Below are positions 13,245 through 26,631 of a DNA stretch of 64,000 bases, one piece after another. Under the pieces are notes generated by a model. The model saw only the letters and a program-made list of their open reading frames with translations. It did no database searches and had not been told where the DNA came from. The first letter of the stretch is position 1. Each line of letters begins with the position of its first letter. This stretch comes from the human T2T-CHM13v2.0 reference genome, Homo sapiens. The stretch lies in the NCBI RefSeq assembly GCF_009914755.1, contig NC_060939.1; one strand, given 5' to 3'. The position numbers and the translations under genes were made by a program.

Positions 13245-13993
13245 AAATCCAGCTTATTATACATATTGTAAAATTTACTTCTTAAGGTATGCAGTCCAAT
13301 GAGATTGGGTATATATATATATATATATATAGTCATGTATTCTCCTACACAAATAGGACATAGAATATTTCCATCAATCCATAACGTTTCCAGAAATATT
13401 TTTAAATAAATTTATTTTTAGTTACAAAGTTAGAATGGCTGTCATCAAACAGATGAAAGATAACAAGTGTTGGTGAGGATGTGGAGAAAAGAGAAACTTG
13501 TATACTTTTGGAGAAAGTCATATTGATACAGTCACTATGGAAACCAGTATAAGAGTTCCTCAAAAAATGAAAAGCAGAATTATCATACAATCCAGTAATC
13601 CCACTTATAAGTACATATCCAAAAGAAATGAAACCAGGATGCTGTAGAGGTATCTGCACTCCTGTGCTCTTTGCAGCATTATTCTCAATAGCCAAGATAC
13701 CGAAACAACGTAAGAGTCCATCAATGAATAAATGGATAAAGAAAATACGGTATATATGCGATGGAACACTATTCAACCTTAAAAAGAGGGGAAATCCTGT
13801 CATTTTTGACAACATGGATGAACTTGCAGGTGTTTCTTTAGAATCAATAATCTCCTCCTCCTCCCAGTCCCTGCAAACCACTGATCAGACTATTGTTCTC
13901 ATATTTTTGCTCTTTCCAGAATATCATAGTATATGGAATCACACAATACATAGCTGTCTGTGTCTGCCTTCTTTCACTTAGCATGTTTTTGAG
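13245..13993 (-). mobile_element. Old L1M 3' fragment inside Charlie1, itself split by a + strand L1MA-like piece
   Basis: 'catagaatatttccatca', then 'ccctgcaaaccactgatc...ctttcacttagcatgtttttgag'; degenerate TSD gaaacgtga / gaaatgtga. Confidence 0.75.
13425..13830 (+). mobile_element. L1MA-like internal fragment (ORF2 end), truncated at both ends
   Basis: 'gataacaagtgttggtgaggatgtggagaaaag', 'aatagccaagata', 'acaacatggatgaac'; no poly-A. Confidence 0.85.
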
Positions 13994-16533
13994 GGAAATG
14001 TGATCTGCTGATATTATATAATAAAATGTGTCAACATTTAATCTGCATAGCTCTGAGAACCAATATTTTCTAAATGCTCAATCACCTATGTTACAAAAGG
14101 GGTAAAAGATCCCCTCACAATGCAAGATAAGTCAATAGCCATTAAGGTATTGAGTATGAAAAGTTTATCAATAAGTTTTCAGATCCTACTGCATTACTAC
14201 TTGTTGAGTGTGAGTGTAGTATCAGAGAAGATTGTTCACAATTATCTGAAAAGCCTTTTCGAATACTTTTCAACTGTATACATATCTGTGTGAGGCCAGG
14301 TTTTCTTCATATAATTCAGACAAAATAACACATTAGAACAGAATGGATGCAGAAGCAAATATGAAAATTGAACTGTTTTATACATTAGAGAGATTAGCAA
14401 AATTGCAAAACAATATCATACTTCTTGTTAATTATTTTTGTTTTGGAAAATATTTTCATAGACGTGTCATTTGTGTTAATATGTGATGGGCTCATCATGC
14501 TATTTTAAGTAAGTCAATAAATACTTCCATGTTTTCTCAATTTCTTCCCAAATACAGAAAATATTTGAAGGTGTAATTCACATAAACAAAAGCTCTTTGT
14601 GTTCTCAATAATTTTTCAGAGTGCAAAAGTCCCTGAGACCCAACGTTGAGAACCACTGGCCTAGGTGGATTGGCAGGTGCCCTTGGAGAATAAGAACAGC
14701 TGGGTAGGGAAGGAGTTAGGGAGCCAATTGCATATCTGATTCCTTGGCTTATAGTAAGGTCTCAATACATAGTTAAGGGATAAATGAAAGTCAGGCCATA
14801 AGCCAATGTAGTCAGGCTAATCAATTCAAGAGAATGAAGTTTCTGAAATGAATAGATGGTTTTATCAAGGGCCCAGCATCCTGGCTCAGAGAGACACCCA
14901 GGTTGGTCTATCTGCTGACATAATTGATCTGGAAGAGACTGAGGGTGAGCTAGGATTGGAGCTGTTGGTGGGGTTGAGAGTCTATGCAAATTCATCAGAT
15001 ATATGCAGAAATATCAAATGCTAGCAGAGGATCAGAGCACAGGGTCTGTGGCAGAGGTGGCCAGGTTCAGGAAGTCCATAGGAAAGGATGGACAGAATTT
15101 GTATGGGGAGAGAACAAGGGTGACTTGGCTGAGAAAGATCTGGATTTGATCTGGGTCAAATGGAGGTTTCTTCTAGGGTTGAGATGGCCCCAGATCAAGT
15201 CCTACAATGGCAGAATTGGAGTGGGATTTCAGTGAAAGTAGGAAGGGGGAAAACACAGGTTTGTGGTGGTGATAGTGGGGGAGGGAGTGGGCAGTTTGGT
15301 CAGGTGTTGTAGAATATTGAACTAGGACTTTGGTCTTTGCATTTCCCTTCTCGCTTTACCTTTAGCCTGAGTCTATAGCATGAATTTCACAGCCTCTAAT
15401 CTTCACCAGAGGCCAGGAGTTTTGTTGGGGTGGAGATGGTGTGATACTGAACATAGTGTCTTAGCACAAATTAGCTGATCTGTGTCCCAGCTCCTGACTT
15501 GCTCTCACATGTACACTTATTGTTCAGTTATAATCCTGAGGTAATTAATTTATTCTGAAACAGATAATTTTTAAAAACATATGCTCAATGTCAGTGTCAA
15601 AATCACATTGACATCCTTTTATCCTGAAAATATAATATACTTTTCTCCAAATTTGGGAAAGCTTGAGCTTTTTAATGTGTTTTTTTTAAATCAATGGTTA
15701 TATTTAAAAATATTAAGCACAGGTTAATCTAGATTCTTTACTTATATTGTATCTGTGGTGACACTGAATTATACAGAATTGTATAGGAATTCTATTCTAA
15801 TTTCATAATAATTCATGTCCATGTATTCATTATGACAGCATCATAAATTATGTTGAAATGAGTATGGAAAACATATAAGCTGTTAATGCTAGGTATTACT
15901 AGAAGTTATATCAAATCTTGCTTGCTACTGAGAGTAAATTGTGACATCAACACCTTATCTTTAATAAACGCAGAAAGCACCCTAACCTGACATTTTTATC
16001 TTACAATGTGTGTTGATAAATACAAAACTGGATATTTACTATAGGAAATGCAAGGTATATAATTTGTCAAGAAGAATTTAGCTTTCTTAGCAGGCACATG
16101 ATTATTTGGTTACCTTCTGCTGTCTGCTTCCTGTCTGCAAAGGGTGGTCCTTTCCCCCCCTCCTCCTGCCTAATATCCTGTGAAGGTGCCAATTACTCTG
16201 CTGCTTATCGGTTGCAAATGATGCTTGGTGCAACGGGAACATCAATTATTTGTGAGCAGAGAGCTAAGGCTGCTGGAATCATATTAAAGGATGCTGGAGC
16301 CTCCAGTTAATAGACTATGTCAAAAGGCAATGTGTAGACCAAAGAGAGCACATTTCAGAAGTCTATGCCTTGAAGATAAACTTAGGCCAGATTTGCAGAC
16401 TTTAATGCTATATAGGTTATGTAAGAATTTGCTAATGTTACTGAAGAAAACTTGTAAGACATTTTCCTTTTATCCATGCAGCTTTTCACACTGTGGATTT
16501 ATTAATACTATGGACTTTTTCTTCTTGAATCTG

Positions 16534-16567
<34 letters not shown>

Positions 16568-16568
16568 G
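16534..16568. repeat. (TG)n microsatellite
   Basis: TG run with one CG interruption. Confidence 0.95.
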
Positions 16569-17100
16569 TTTGCTTTGTTTCTAAATGGTAGCCAAATACC
16601 AGGTGAAGTTAGATGCAAGCTTTCTTTAGGTCCTTTGTCTTCAGCAGTGAGCCCTTAAAGATGAGTTTGTAAACTTACTATGATTATTATTGCCTTATAG
16701 TTTCAGGTTGGACTTCTTAACTTTCACTTTTTAAACAGGAGGTTAAAGAGACTAGGTGAGTGTGGAAATGTCAGCACTGGTCAACCTGGCTTGGACAATT
16801 TATTTCCAATTCTATGAACAGGGTTTCCAACTGACGAGAAGAGCTCACATTTCTCGCTGTCCTGATATTCATATAAAATAATTCGACCAGCCCACTTAAA
16901 CTTCCTGATTAGTACTATAAGGATGTTCACACAAAATCGAAAGGATTAGAATATATTCATAAAAATGAAGATGATTCCTTGACAGCAAAATGATAATCCT
17001 AAATCTACCCCGAGCCTGTTTTGTGCAGGTAAAGGGAGATGATGAACTTCAGCTTGCAGATGGTTCTCAGTTAGGTAGATGAGGATAACCTGTTGATTTG

Positions 17101-17267
17101 TTTTTTAAGTAAATTTTATATTTTAGAATAGTTTTATATGTACAGAAAAGCTGCAAAGATAGTACAGAGAGTCCTCATATTCCCTGCACCATGATACCCT
17201 ATTGTTAACATCTTACATTATCACGGTGCATTTGTCACAACTAGGGAACCAGTATTGGTATGTTACT
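17101..17267 (-). mobile_element. Short L1M 3'-terminal fragment
   Basis: 'agaatagttttatatgtacagaaaagctgcaaagatagtacagagag'; TSD acctgttgattt (17088) / acctattgattt (17268). Confidence 0.8.
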
Positions 17268-17589
17268 ACCTATTGATTTTTAATTTCACCTGAGTATTTA
17301 TTATTTGTAAGATACTACTCCAATCCTAGGAATTGCTCCAGTATTCATTTATTATATTTATTTTTCCAAATCCATTATATTTTACACACCAGCTTATTGC
17401 CTTTCAAGTTGATCACCCATTTGCTCTTGATGGCACTGTATCATTTGGGATCCCAAGTGCTACCATGTCCTCGTGTTTCTCTCAGCTGCTGGGCCACATG
17501 TTGGGATAAAGGTCGGATAGATGCACTGCATGATGTTCAGCTTCAGAATGAGGAGACTGCTCATCAGAAAGGGCACTTTAAAAATCACT

Positions 17590-17726
17590 CCATTTAATTC
17601 ACATATTTTACAGAGGAGAAAATGGAGGCCCATTGAGGTGAGGTGACTCACCCAAGGTCACACGCTGCTGGTGGTGGGGCCTGGACTGACGCCCAGCCTC
17701 TTAACTCCTTTACACTTACTGCCTCT
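17590..17726 (-). mobile_element. MIR
   Basis: 'attttacagaggagaaaatggaggccc...gtgactcacccaaggtcacac'. Confidence 0.8.
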
Positions 17727-18219
17727 GATAAAATTTTCACAGTGACGCTTTTATTCTATTTATTATTTATACCCTGCCTACTTTAAAAAAGAATTGGAGC
17801 CAGCTGCTCTGTGATTTACTTTGCTTTGAGCACAATATAGATCATTGCATCCTGCATGATTTAAGTGAATTTTTTTTTTTTTAAAAAAGCTCTCATCTGT
17901 AATTATTTGATAAATAATTCCTACCCCCTCATAGCCACACTATTGATGCCTTGCACATAGTAGGCACTGAGTAAACAGAGCTAAAATGAACAAAAGAATA
18001 ATGCTTACTTGGATTTATAGAAAAAATTCACAGTGCATGCAGATGAGTACAGCATGGCCAAGTGAGTGGGAAGAAATATGATCTATTCTTGGCTCTGGAA
18101 AAAGGGGCCATGAGGGAGATACTGTGGATGAAAGATGATTATTTTGGCTTGTGTTTCCCTTTATACAATTAGATGGGTTGCAAAGGTGGGATGCACATCT
18201 GTGGGGCCTCACAAGGTAG

Positions 18220-18390
18220 AAAGTGTCCCAGGTCCCACGTGTGACTGGGCAAGCTGTTTGCCTTCTCTGAGCTTTCCATTCCTCACCAGTGAGGGCATGA
18301 ATACCTGTCTCTTGGGGTTGTTGCGACTGTTAAATGATAGCAATAAGAAAGTGTTTTGCAAACTCTAAAATCTGGCATAGGCGTTACTTA
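18220..18390 (+). mobile_element. MIR
   Basis: 'gtgtgactgggcaagctgtttgccttctctgagctttccattcctcacc'. Confidence 0.75.
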
Positions 18391-18789
18391 TTAATCTGTA
18401 GGATTATGTAAAAGGAACTCAGCATTTAAGGCAGGTTTTCTATGAAGTACCTTAAACCTTTCCTGTTTTGCAAGTTATCGAAACATCATGAAAATGTTAG
18501 AAGAATGAATACTGGGAATTGAAAAGGGAAATAAATAGATATCAGGACAAAATGGTTTTACAACTCAACCCTATGACAGAGAAAGCTGAGTCAAAAATGG
18601 CAGGCATTGGGATTTAATACCTGCCTAATAGGGAGAAGAGGAACTGAACCAGGCCAGAGTGTCCTGCTAATAGTTTCTGCTATGCTTTGGCTCAGGTTTT
18701 GTCACTCTGTTCTTAGGGTGGGGTGGAGAAATCTTGGCAAGCATGAAGATTCTCTTTAGGTAGGCTGTGGTATATATTAGTAGAAAGCA

Positions 18790-19384
18790 TTACACTCTCA
18801 CCAACAGTGTAAAAGCATTCCCTTTTCTCTGCAACCAACTGTTGTGGAAAGCAGTATGGTGATTCCTCAAAGAACTAAAAACAACTACCATTCAACCCAG
18901 CAATCTCACTACTGGGTATATACTCAAGGTAATATAAATCATTCTATTGCAAAGATACATGCATGCATATGTTCACTGTAGCACTATTCACAATAACAAA
19001 GACATGGAATCAACTTAAATGTCCGTCAACAGTAGACTGGATAAACAAAATTTGGTACCTATACACCATAGAATACTATGCAGTCATAAAAAAGAATGAG
19101 ATCATGTTCTTTGCAGGAACATGGATGGAGCTAGAGGCATTATTCTAAGCAAACTAACTCAGGAACCAAAAACCAAATACTACATGTTCTCATTTATAAG
19201 TGGGACCTAAATAATGAGAACACATGGACAGAAAGTAGGTAACAACAGACACTGGGACCTACTTGAAGGAGGAGAGTGGAAGGAGGGGGAGGATCAGAAA
19301 AAACAAATTGTTGGGTGCTATGCCAAATATCCAGGTGACGAAATAATCATACACCAAACTCCCAAGTCATGAATTTACCTATAT
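18790..19384 (+). mobile_element. L1PA15/16- or L1PB-like 3' fragment with a short 5' inversion; poly-A missing
   Basis: 18790-18836 is antisense L1; 18837-19384 is sense ORF2 end/3'UTR (ORF 18963-19148 MFTVALFTITKTWNQLKCPS...). Confidence 0.9.
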
Positions 19385-20231
19385 TCTGAGCCACAACTGG
19401 AGATCAAGATGAAGCTGGCCACATGAGAAGCAACAGTATTTGCACAAAACAGCTGCCAACATACAGTATCCCAAATTGCCCTAATGATCATTGCTCTTAC
19501 TAACTGGGACTTCGTTCCTTCAATGCTGTGCTGCTCCAGGCAAACTGAGAAGTGAGTGGTCTCGGTTTTGCCTTCCTGCCTGTAACCTCCCTCAATGGAC
19601 GTATATCTTACGCATGTGGGAGCTTGGCTGCATTGTGGGGCTAGCTTAGCCTGCCACATAAAGACACTCTGACTTCCATGTCATCTCTGTTCTTTCATTT
19701 CTCATCCCATCCTTCTTAAATGTGGCCTGGCTGGTATCTCACACTCTTGGGGCCTGCTCCATGCTTCATAGCCCTAAAAGCAAAACCCATGACCATAGAG
19801 AAAAAGAGCCAATGGGCTACTATCCTGGGTAATAGAATATTCAGAGAATTGGCCTGGGGGAAAAGCAAAGTTTAATTTTAGACAAGTTGGTATATGTAGG
19901 ATTTCTATATGGATTTGACCCTCAGTCAAATATAGAATGATGACCAGGAAAGAAGCCTGCCCAGGGGATGTGAATTTTTGAGTGATTTAGTACAAGAGAG
20001 ATTAGTCTGACTGTGTGACTCCAGAGGGTGAAAGGGAGTACTATATGGCAACCCACGAGATTTTGGATAGGACAGGTTTTGTCTCATGGTTTGATTGATA
20101 TAATGCACTTAATTTTTACAAATTGATTTTTATTCAAAGACCTGAAAGGGCTTAAAGTTATAAGTTTCAAAATATCTCATTTCATTCCAAAGTGGCAGAA
20201 AGAAAAAATATCCTTCTTGGTCAATCACTTC

Positions 20232-20545
20232 CGCGTATTCATCCTCTTGTCCATTCAACCAACAAATATTGGCTGTGTGTTCACTGCTTGTCAGATACTA
20301 TTTTAGGAACTTGAGATAAAGCAACAAAATGAAACAGATAGTCACTGACTTCATGGAACTTACACTAATTGGAAGACCCAGATAATCAAGAGCTAGTAGA
20401 ATAAATAACTAAATATTTGTGCCATGGAGAAATAGATCAGTGTAAGCAGAATAGGCTGGGTTGTGAGTGGGGAGACTGCTTTATGTAGGTGGTCAATGGC
20501 GGCTCTCTCCTGGGGTGATATTTATCTGGGAGCTGAATGAAATTA
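20232..20545 (-). mobile_element. L2 3' end
   Basis: 'ccattcaaccaacaaatattggctgtgtgttcactgcttgtcagatactatttt...cttcatggaacttacact'. Confidence 0.8.
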
Positions 20546-20949
20546 GGGCTGGGATTCTAAAGTTTCCTATTTTCTATTAGCCAGCCGGCTGAGAGCATTC
20601 TTACCAGGGCTTATGCCTCTGAGCTCTGAGACATGAAGTCTAAGAACCAGGCTTTCTATCCCTTGATTGGTACTTAGACTCAATGTTGCTCATTTTTCCC
20701 CGTTGGAGAAAGGTGGCAGCTTTAGTACTTTGGAGGCAATTGGACTTGGGATAAACCTGCGGCTTCATTTAGAAGAGAAGGACATTTAGTAATGCTGTCT
20801 TGTTCGGGAGAGTTACAGAATAAGCAATTTCCTAGAAGGGATATTCTTCTAAATAGCTTATCCCCATAGTTCCTGAATTTAATTTAATAAAATATTTGGA
20901 ATGAAATTTTCCAAGACCATTTTGTGCATATATCAGACTTCAAAAATAA

Positions 20950-21320
20950 GTTTTTGAGCATTTACATTTATTTAGAATAGGACATCTTTCACAAAGAATT
21001 TGAGCCAGATTGTGCTATACAATAAAATAATCAAAATAAAAAAGAGAAATGTAAAATTCAGAACAAAAACACTGTAAATCTGGAGTAGAAAATCATGATC
21101 CCCCCAAAAAAACTAGAATGAAAAGGCCCCTAAGGCCCTTTGTGGCTTTTGTAGGAAGGCTGAAATTTGGTTCTAAGCTTACTGGTAGTCAAAGTGACAG
21201 AAAAAAAGGTCAGGTCTATCATTTTTGTCAGAAAGGAAAAATTATACCACATCTTTAAGAAAAGCAAAAATTCCCAGGCACTCATGCTACAAGAAATTTC
21301 TCATGGGGATATTTTGAACA
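20950..21320. mobile_element. Possible ancient L4/RTE-type LINE remnant
   Basis: 'aaagaatttgagccag' and 'aaatttggttctaagcttactggtagtcaaag' resemble L4-like motifs from memory. Confidence 0.3.
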
Positions 21321-21343
21321 TGATTTAAATCTTATCCATTAAG

Positions 21344-21391
21344 TTTATTAGTTTGAATGATACTGCATTTACTAGTTTGAATGATACTGTA
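21344..21391. repeat. 24-bp tandem duplication
   Basis: tttattagtttgaatgatactgca / tttactagtttgaatgatactgta. Confidence 0.9.
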
Positions 21392-21674
21392 TTTTACTAT
21401 TTATTAATAAAATATCATTAAGAACTATTGAAATGTTTTCTATTGTTTTCCCTGAAATGAAAAAAGACCCAGAATGATATGTTTTGAGTTTCTATATCCT
21501 ATTCTCGTTGTCTTTCTGTCTTTTTGTCATGTTCAACTTGTTGGCCATGGCCTTGTTGTGCTGTTAATGCCAATGCTTTTCTAGTAGAATATTTTCCTCC
21601 TTGACTGATTTTTGGCTTCTGATCTGCCGTGGATAAACAACCTGACAATCATACTTGCAGCGTTGTATTTAGAG

Positions 21675-21915
21675 TAATAATAAAAAAATAAAAACAAAAA
21701 CACCATTTACAAGTACTTTATAAATAACAGGTAATGTTCCAATGACTTTACATATTACTTCATGAATCCTGTCTACAATCTCATGAGGGGAAAAAAAATT
21801 ACTATCCCTATTTTACAGATAAGAACACTGAGACTCGGAATGGTTACCTAACTTGCTCAATATCTCACATCTGTGACTGGGCTAAGAACCAAGGCAGCAT
21901 GACTGTAGTGCTAGG
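21675..21915 (-). mobile_element. MIR
   Basis: 'tatccctattttacagataagaacactgagactcggaatggttacctaacttgctca'. Confidence 0.85.
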
Positions 21916-22891
21916 ATGTGAGAAACTCACAGTGGGACAAGCTGGTATCACCCGTCTGTGTTTCTCCAAGCTTTTTCTTCTTCTTGCTTCTAGTGTTCTG
22001 TATGGCTGTAGTCTTCAACAAGCAGGCTCCTGATCAGTGAGGTGGGTGACTGAACTGTTCAGTATCAGCTAATTAGAAGATTTTCTTTGACAAGAGGAGA
22101 TGCTGTCTGAGAGGCACTGTACTTCTAAGACCTGGCCCTATCCCGTTGAATTACAATATCTGAATTCTAATCTCCAATCTTCTACTTATTCACTTCTTCA
22201 AAGTAGGGGTATTTATCTCTAGACTGTGGTTCTTCCAGCTGTAAAAATTTAAGATTGTAGAGTCTTGTGCAAAGCTGAAATGAGAAAGAAATATAGAAAC
22301 ATTTAAACTACCTTAAGTCCCCTGTTTTTCCATTCTGAATAAGGAATCACCATGAGTTCATTGCAGAGGCTTCTATACGTGGAACCTTATGCAGTTCCAA
22401 ATAACTAAACGAAACCATTTATTTTTTCAAATGTTCTGCTTGCCATTTCATATATTTTCTATTATGCAAAAATGTCTTTTGTGTATTAATATTTCTTGAC
22501 CACAATTCTGGTATCCTTTCTGATATTGTCCCCTGCCTGCTCATGCAGAATTGACCAGCAGTTCAAGTGCATAGCAGAATCCTCCGCCTAAATTTAGAAA
22601 TTGGTAAATCAAACAAACACAGGAGCCTCAAAGTCTGTAGAAGTACAGCTGATAATCTTTTTGGCTTTTAAACAAACGTAAATACTCTAAAACTTGCTCT
22701 TAGCAAGTAACTTCCTAATTAGGTTAATGTAATAGCATTTTGTTCTGTTGTATCACATTTCAACTGAAGATCTAGAAGGGATTTTAACAAATGTGAGTGC
22801 TTTTTACCTTGGTTCCTGTAGAATAGGAGGTTCATTATGCTCATATGATGATCCGTCACATAATGGCCATTAGAGCTACCGGGTTGGGCGT

Positions 22892-22940
22892 TGCATCAGT
22901 CAGGGTTTTCCAGAGAAACAGAACCAATAGAATACACACA

Positions 22941-22990
<50 letters not shown>

Positions 22991-23437
22991 ATACGTATAA
23001 GGAAATTTACTATAAGGAACTGGCTCATGTGATTATGGGGGCTGAGAGTCCCACAGTGGCTGTCTGCAAGCTGGAGACCCAGGAAAGCTGAGGTGTATCT
23101 TGAGGGCCTGAGAGCCTAAGACCTCATGGGATGGATTCCTATCTGTGTCTGTAGGCCTGAGAACCAGCAGCGCTCAGGGAAGGAGAAGGCTGATGATCAG
23201 CTCAAGCAGTCAGGCAGAGAGCAAATTCAACCTTCCTCTGCAGTTTTGTTCGAATTAGGCCCTCAATAGATTGGGTGATACCCACCACATAGAAGAGAGC
23301 AATCAGTTTTATTCGATACACAAATTCAAATGCTAATCTCTTCTGGAAATGTCCTCATAGACACAGCCAGAAATAATGTTTAACCAGATAGGCATCCCAT
23401 GGCCCAATCAAGTTGACATATAAAATTAAACATCACA
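22892..23437 (-). mobile_element. MLT2B-like ERVL solo LTR containing (CA)n at 22934-22989
   Basis: 'cagggttttccagagaaacagaaccaatag' ... 'caagttgacatataaaattaaacatcaca' (MLT2 termini). Confidence 0.92.
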
Positions 23438-25766
23438 ACAGGATTGAGGGCTTGGAAGACGATCGGCAGGACAATAAATAAAATAGTCTTTTAACCTCTA
23501 AAAACCAAATGATTGTGCGAAGAAGGTAGGAAAGCCCAGATTTGCCTGGACTTAACAGGATGAATTCTCTTGCACTTTCTGGGTCAGATCCAGTATTACC
23601 TAATAAAAATAACCCAAAGAATGTATCAGTATATGGAGGTTAATTTTCAAACCTTTGAAAGGCTTCTCATCTGTATGCCTGGGGTTCTGTCTTGACCTTA
23701 ACAGGCACCTGCCTTGAGGATTCAGGCATGTCCATGAATATAGGATGAGCTGGTGGAAGGAGGAATCCAGGTATTCAATTAGAGTAAACTGATATGCAAA
23801 GGAGGAAGGGGGTTTTATACAGTGAGGGAGATGAAAGAAAATGAAAAGGGGTAAGAGGGTAAGACTACATGGTGTCTCTCTTTAATATTGATCTACAGTC
23901 TGGTCTTAGGTCTCTGGCCTTGTAATAAGGAAAACTACAGGCAGAAATTGAGCAGCTGCTTCCACAGGCAACAGGGTGAGGTGCAGAGGCATCAGGAATG
24001 TTGCTTTGGTACTGAATGCTAACAGAGGACTCAGAGTGGGTGAAAAAGTCAACCTCTCCACTTCCACACAAAATACACCTGGAATCTCAAGGGTTGCTGC
24101 CTCTGAAAGCACAGAAGACAGTGTCTGCAACATGAAGCATCTGGGTACAGTTTGCAGTGACAGCAATGGGACCCACTTAGTGAACTTCTTACCAGGGACA
24201 CTGATGGTGAATCAGAGCAGAAAGAGATGTTGGTAGATGTTCTGATTAATTATTGCACACACCTGAGGCACCTCTGGTGACTTTAGACATACTAGGGTGA
24301 GTTTTTACAGGAAGCTAAAGTCTCACTTGAATGAAAAGAAGCAAGAGCTGGAGAAACATTTTCCTGTCTGGAGAAACTCAGGACTCACATGGTAAAATTA
24401 ATAAGTCAGAAAACACTTTTATGGTCATGCTTGGCCTCAGCTTTTTGGTTTATGAATATAGCAAGGCAAGCCTGCTATTAAAATAAGGGCGACTGAATGT
24501 GCTAGATTTACTAAAACAGAGCAGCACCAGATTTCTCCCTTGGTACTGGTGGCAGTTGGCCCAATTCCTTGCAGGAAGCAGCCCAACAGGGGCTGGGCAT
24601 AGGCAGGACATGAAAGGCAAGTCCCACTGTTGCTTGCTCTACCTGCAGTTACCAAATGAAGGTGATTCTCAAGGTTCCACATTGGCATCAGTAAGCTGGG
24701 TCATTTACTCTCCAGGAAGTAAATTAGAACGCACCAGAGGGTTTTTATAAAGTCCCTGCCAAGTGTAATCACCGCTCCTTGTGCCTCTAGGTGCTCAGCG
24801 TGTCACATTTCCCACTGACATCAGGCATAGGAGAGTGCATTTGAACCTCAGGGATCTGACCAAAGCTTCCCAGGGAATGTCTTTCAAGTTTCCACTTTTA
24901 TCTTAAAAGTGTTTGTAAAATTTTTATTCTACTTCATGTTATACTTGTTTTCATATAAAGGTATGTCTTAAGTTGGTTACTTTTGAGTCAAACTGATGCT
25001 CCAGAAAAATGTCTATTTGGTGCCTTGGCAAAGTCCTCTGCACATCCCCATGTACCTCTGATGATTGAGATACATGCATGTATAGTATTTTTACATATAT
25101 TTACATATCTATGTAAAATGTATGTACACATGTGTTAAAATATATATGTATTTTTTTTTTTGAAAATGGGAACATCTCAGCAACAGTGCACGGTGGGGCC
25201 ATTGCTGAAAATATGATTGTATGATTGCTTCATTAATGGGGAAGGGAAGATGCCTCTGGAGACCCCAAAGCAGGTTTCTGGAGGTGGGGCAATGGATGAG
25301 GATGGTTGATAGGAACAATCCTGGCTGCCCCGACAGTGGGATGTGTTAGCCATGGGGACTGGACAGTTCCACGGTCCACATAGGAGGATGCCACTGTCAG
25401 TCACAGGATTCTAGGAGACCAGCTGCTCAGCTGATAGCTCTTCTGATGAAGTGTGGATAGATGTAGGCACCCAGAGAGCAGGAGCAAACAAGAGGAAACA
25501 CATGAGGAAAAACAGCCCACTTATGCTTTCTGACTTGTCTAGAAAGGGAGACTATCAGGTATTCATTTGTCTGACAGAAGATCTAGACTCTGACCACATG
25601 AATTTGATCTTAAAGTTTTGTTTTGTTTGTTTGTTTTTTCAGTGATGGGAAAGGTGTTTTAAGGATGTGGTGAGGGCCTTGGCGATACAATACATGAAAA
25701 ATTAGATTTAATATTTAAAGTTGCTTTAAGAACATTGGAACGGCAATAAAAGAAAAGGAGAATCTC

Positions 25767-26066
<300 letters not shown>

Positions 26067-26631
26067 AAAAGAAAAGGAGAATCTCATGTCCATGTGATGC
26101 TACATTATTGCATTTCTTGTCATTATTTTTCTACTGCTTTTTCATGTGTACATGATGTTCATCTGTTTACTAGGGGCAGAGCAACACTTGGAATTAGGCT
26201 TTTCTCAGTTAGCTGTACATCATCAATGTTTATTTCTTTGTTTTAGTCCTGAGTTTTTAAATGCAAAAGATGGCACCGTGTCTTCTGAGGTTAGGCCACC
26301 TAGGAAGAAGAGTACAGAGTGTTGGAGTGTGTGGTGAAGGAAACCAGGAAAAGGAGGAAGGGCAGGCAGAAAGGGAAGAGAGAGGGGAGAATGTGAGGAA
26401 TAGTGGGCCATATGGTGCTCTGCAGATGCTCCATACATTTTATATTTCAATTTAAAATTAGTAGTGATGACAGTGATGCATTTTATGTGGCAATTTATAG
26501 TTTCCCAGGTGCTTGCATATCCCTTTGGTCCTCATGGGTCCTTGGGGAAAATCAAGGCAGCCATTTCCTTGCAGATAAATTAAAAGGAGTTTATCCTATC
26601 TGATATAAATTAGTGATCTCACCCATTAATA

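Larger units (their letters stand above)
10165..14658 (+). mobile_element. Charlie1 hAT DNA transposon, near full length, decayed transposase, with nested insertions
   Basis: Charlie1-like 5' end; 3' TIR 'ttgagaaccactg'; 8-bp TSD gcctagct (10157-10164) / gcctaggt (14659-14666) of NNCTAGNN type; 12613 onward translates [51 protein letters not shown]; YLCEARFS at ~14283 (hAT C-terminal motif). Confidence 0.92.

Noticed and set aside
10700-14420. Domesticated hAT transposase gene (ZBED/Buster-like)
   Set aside because: In-frame stops, frameshifts and several insertions; a fossil Charlie1.
17010-17036. ttttgtgcag|gtaaag as a recursive splice site
   Set aside because: Short pyrimidine tract and imperfect donor; not distinguishable from background.
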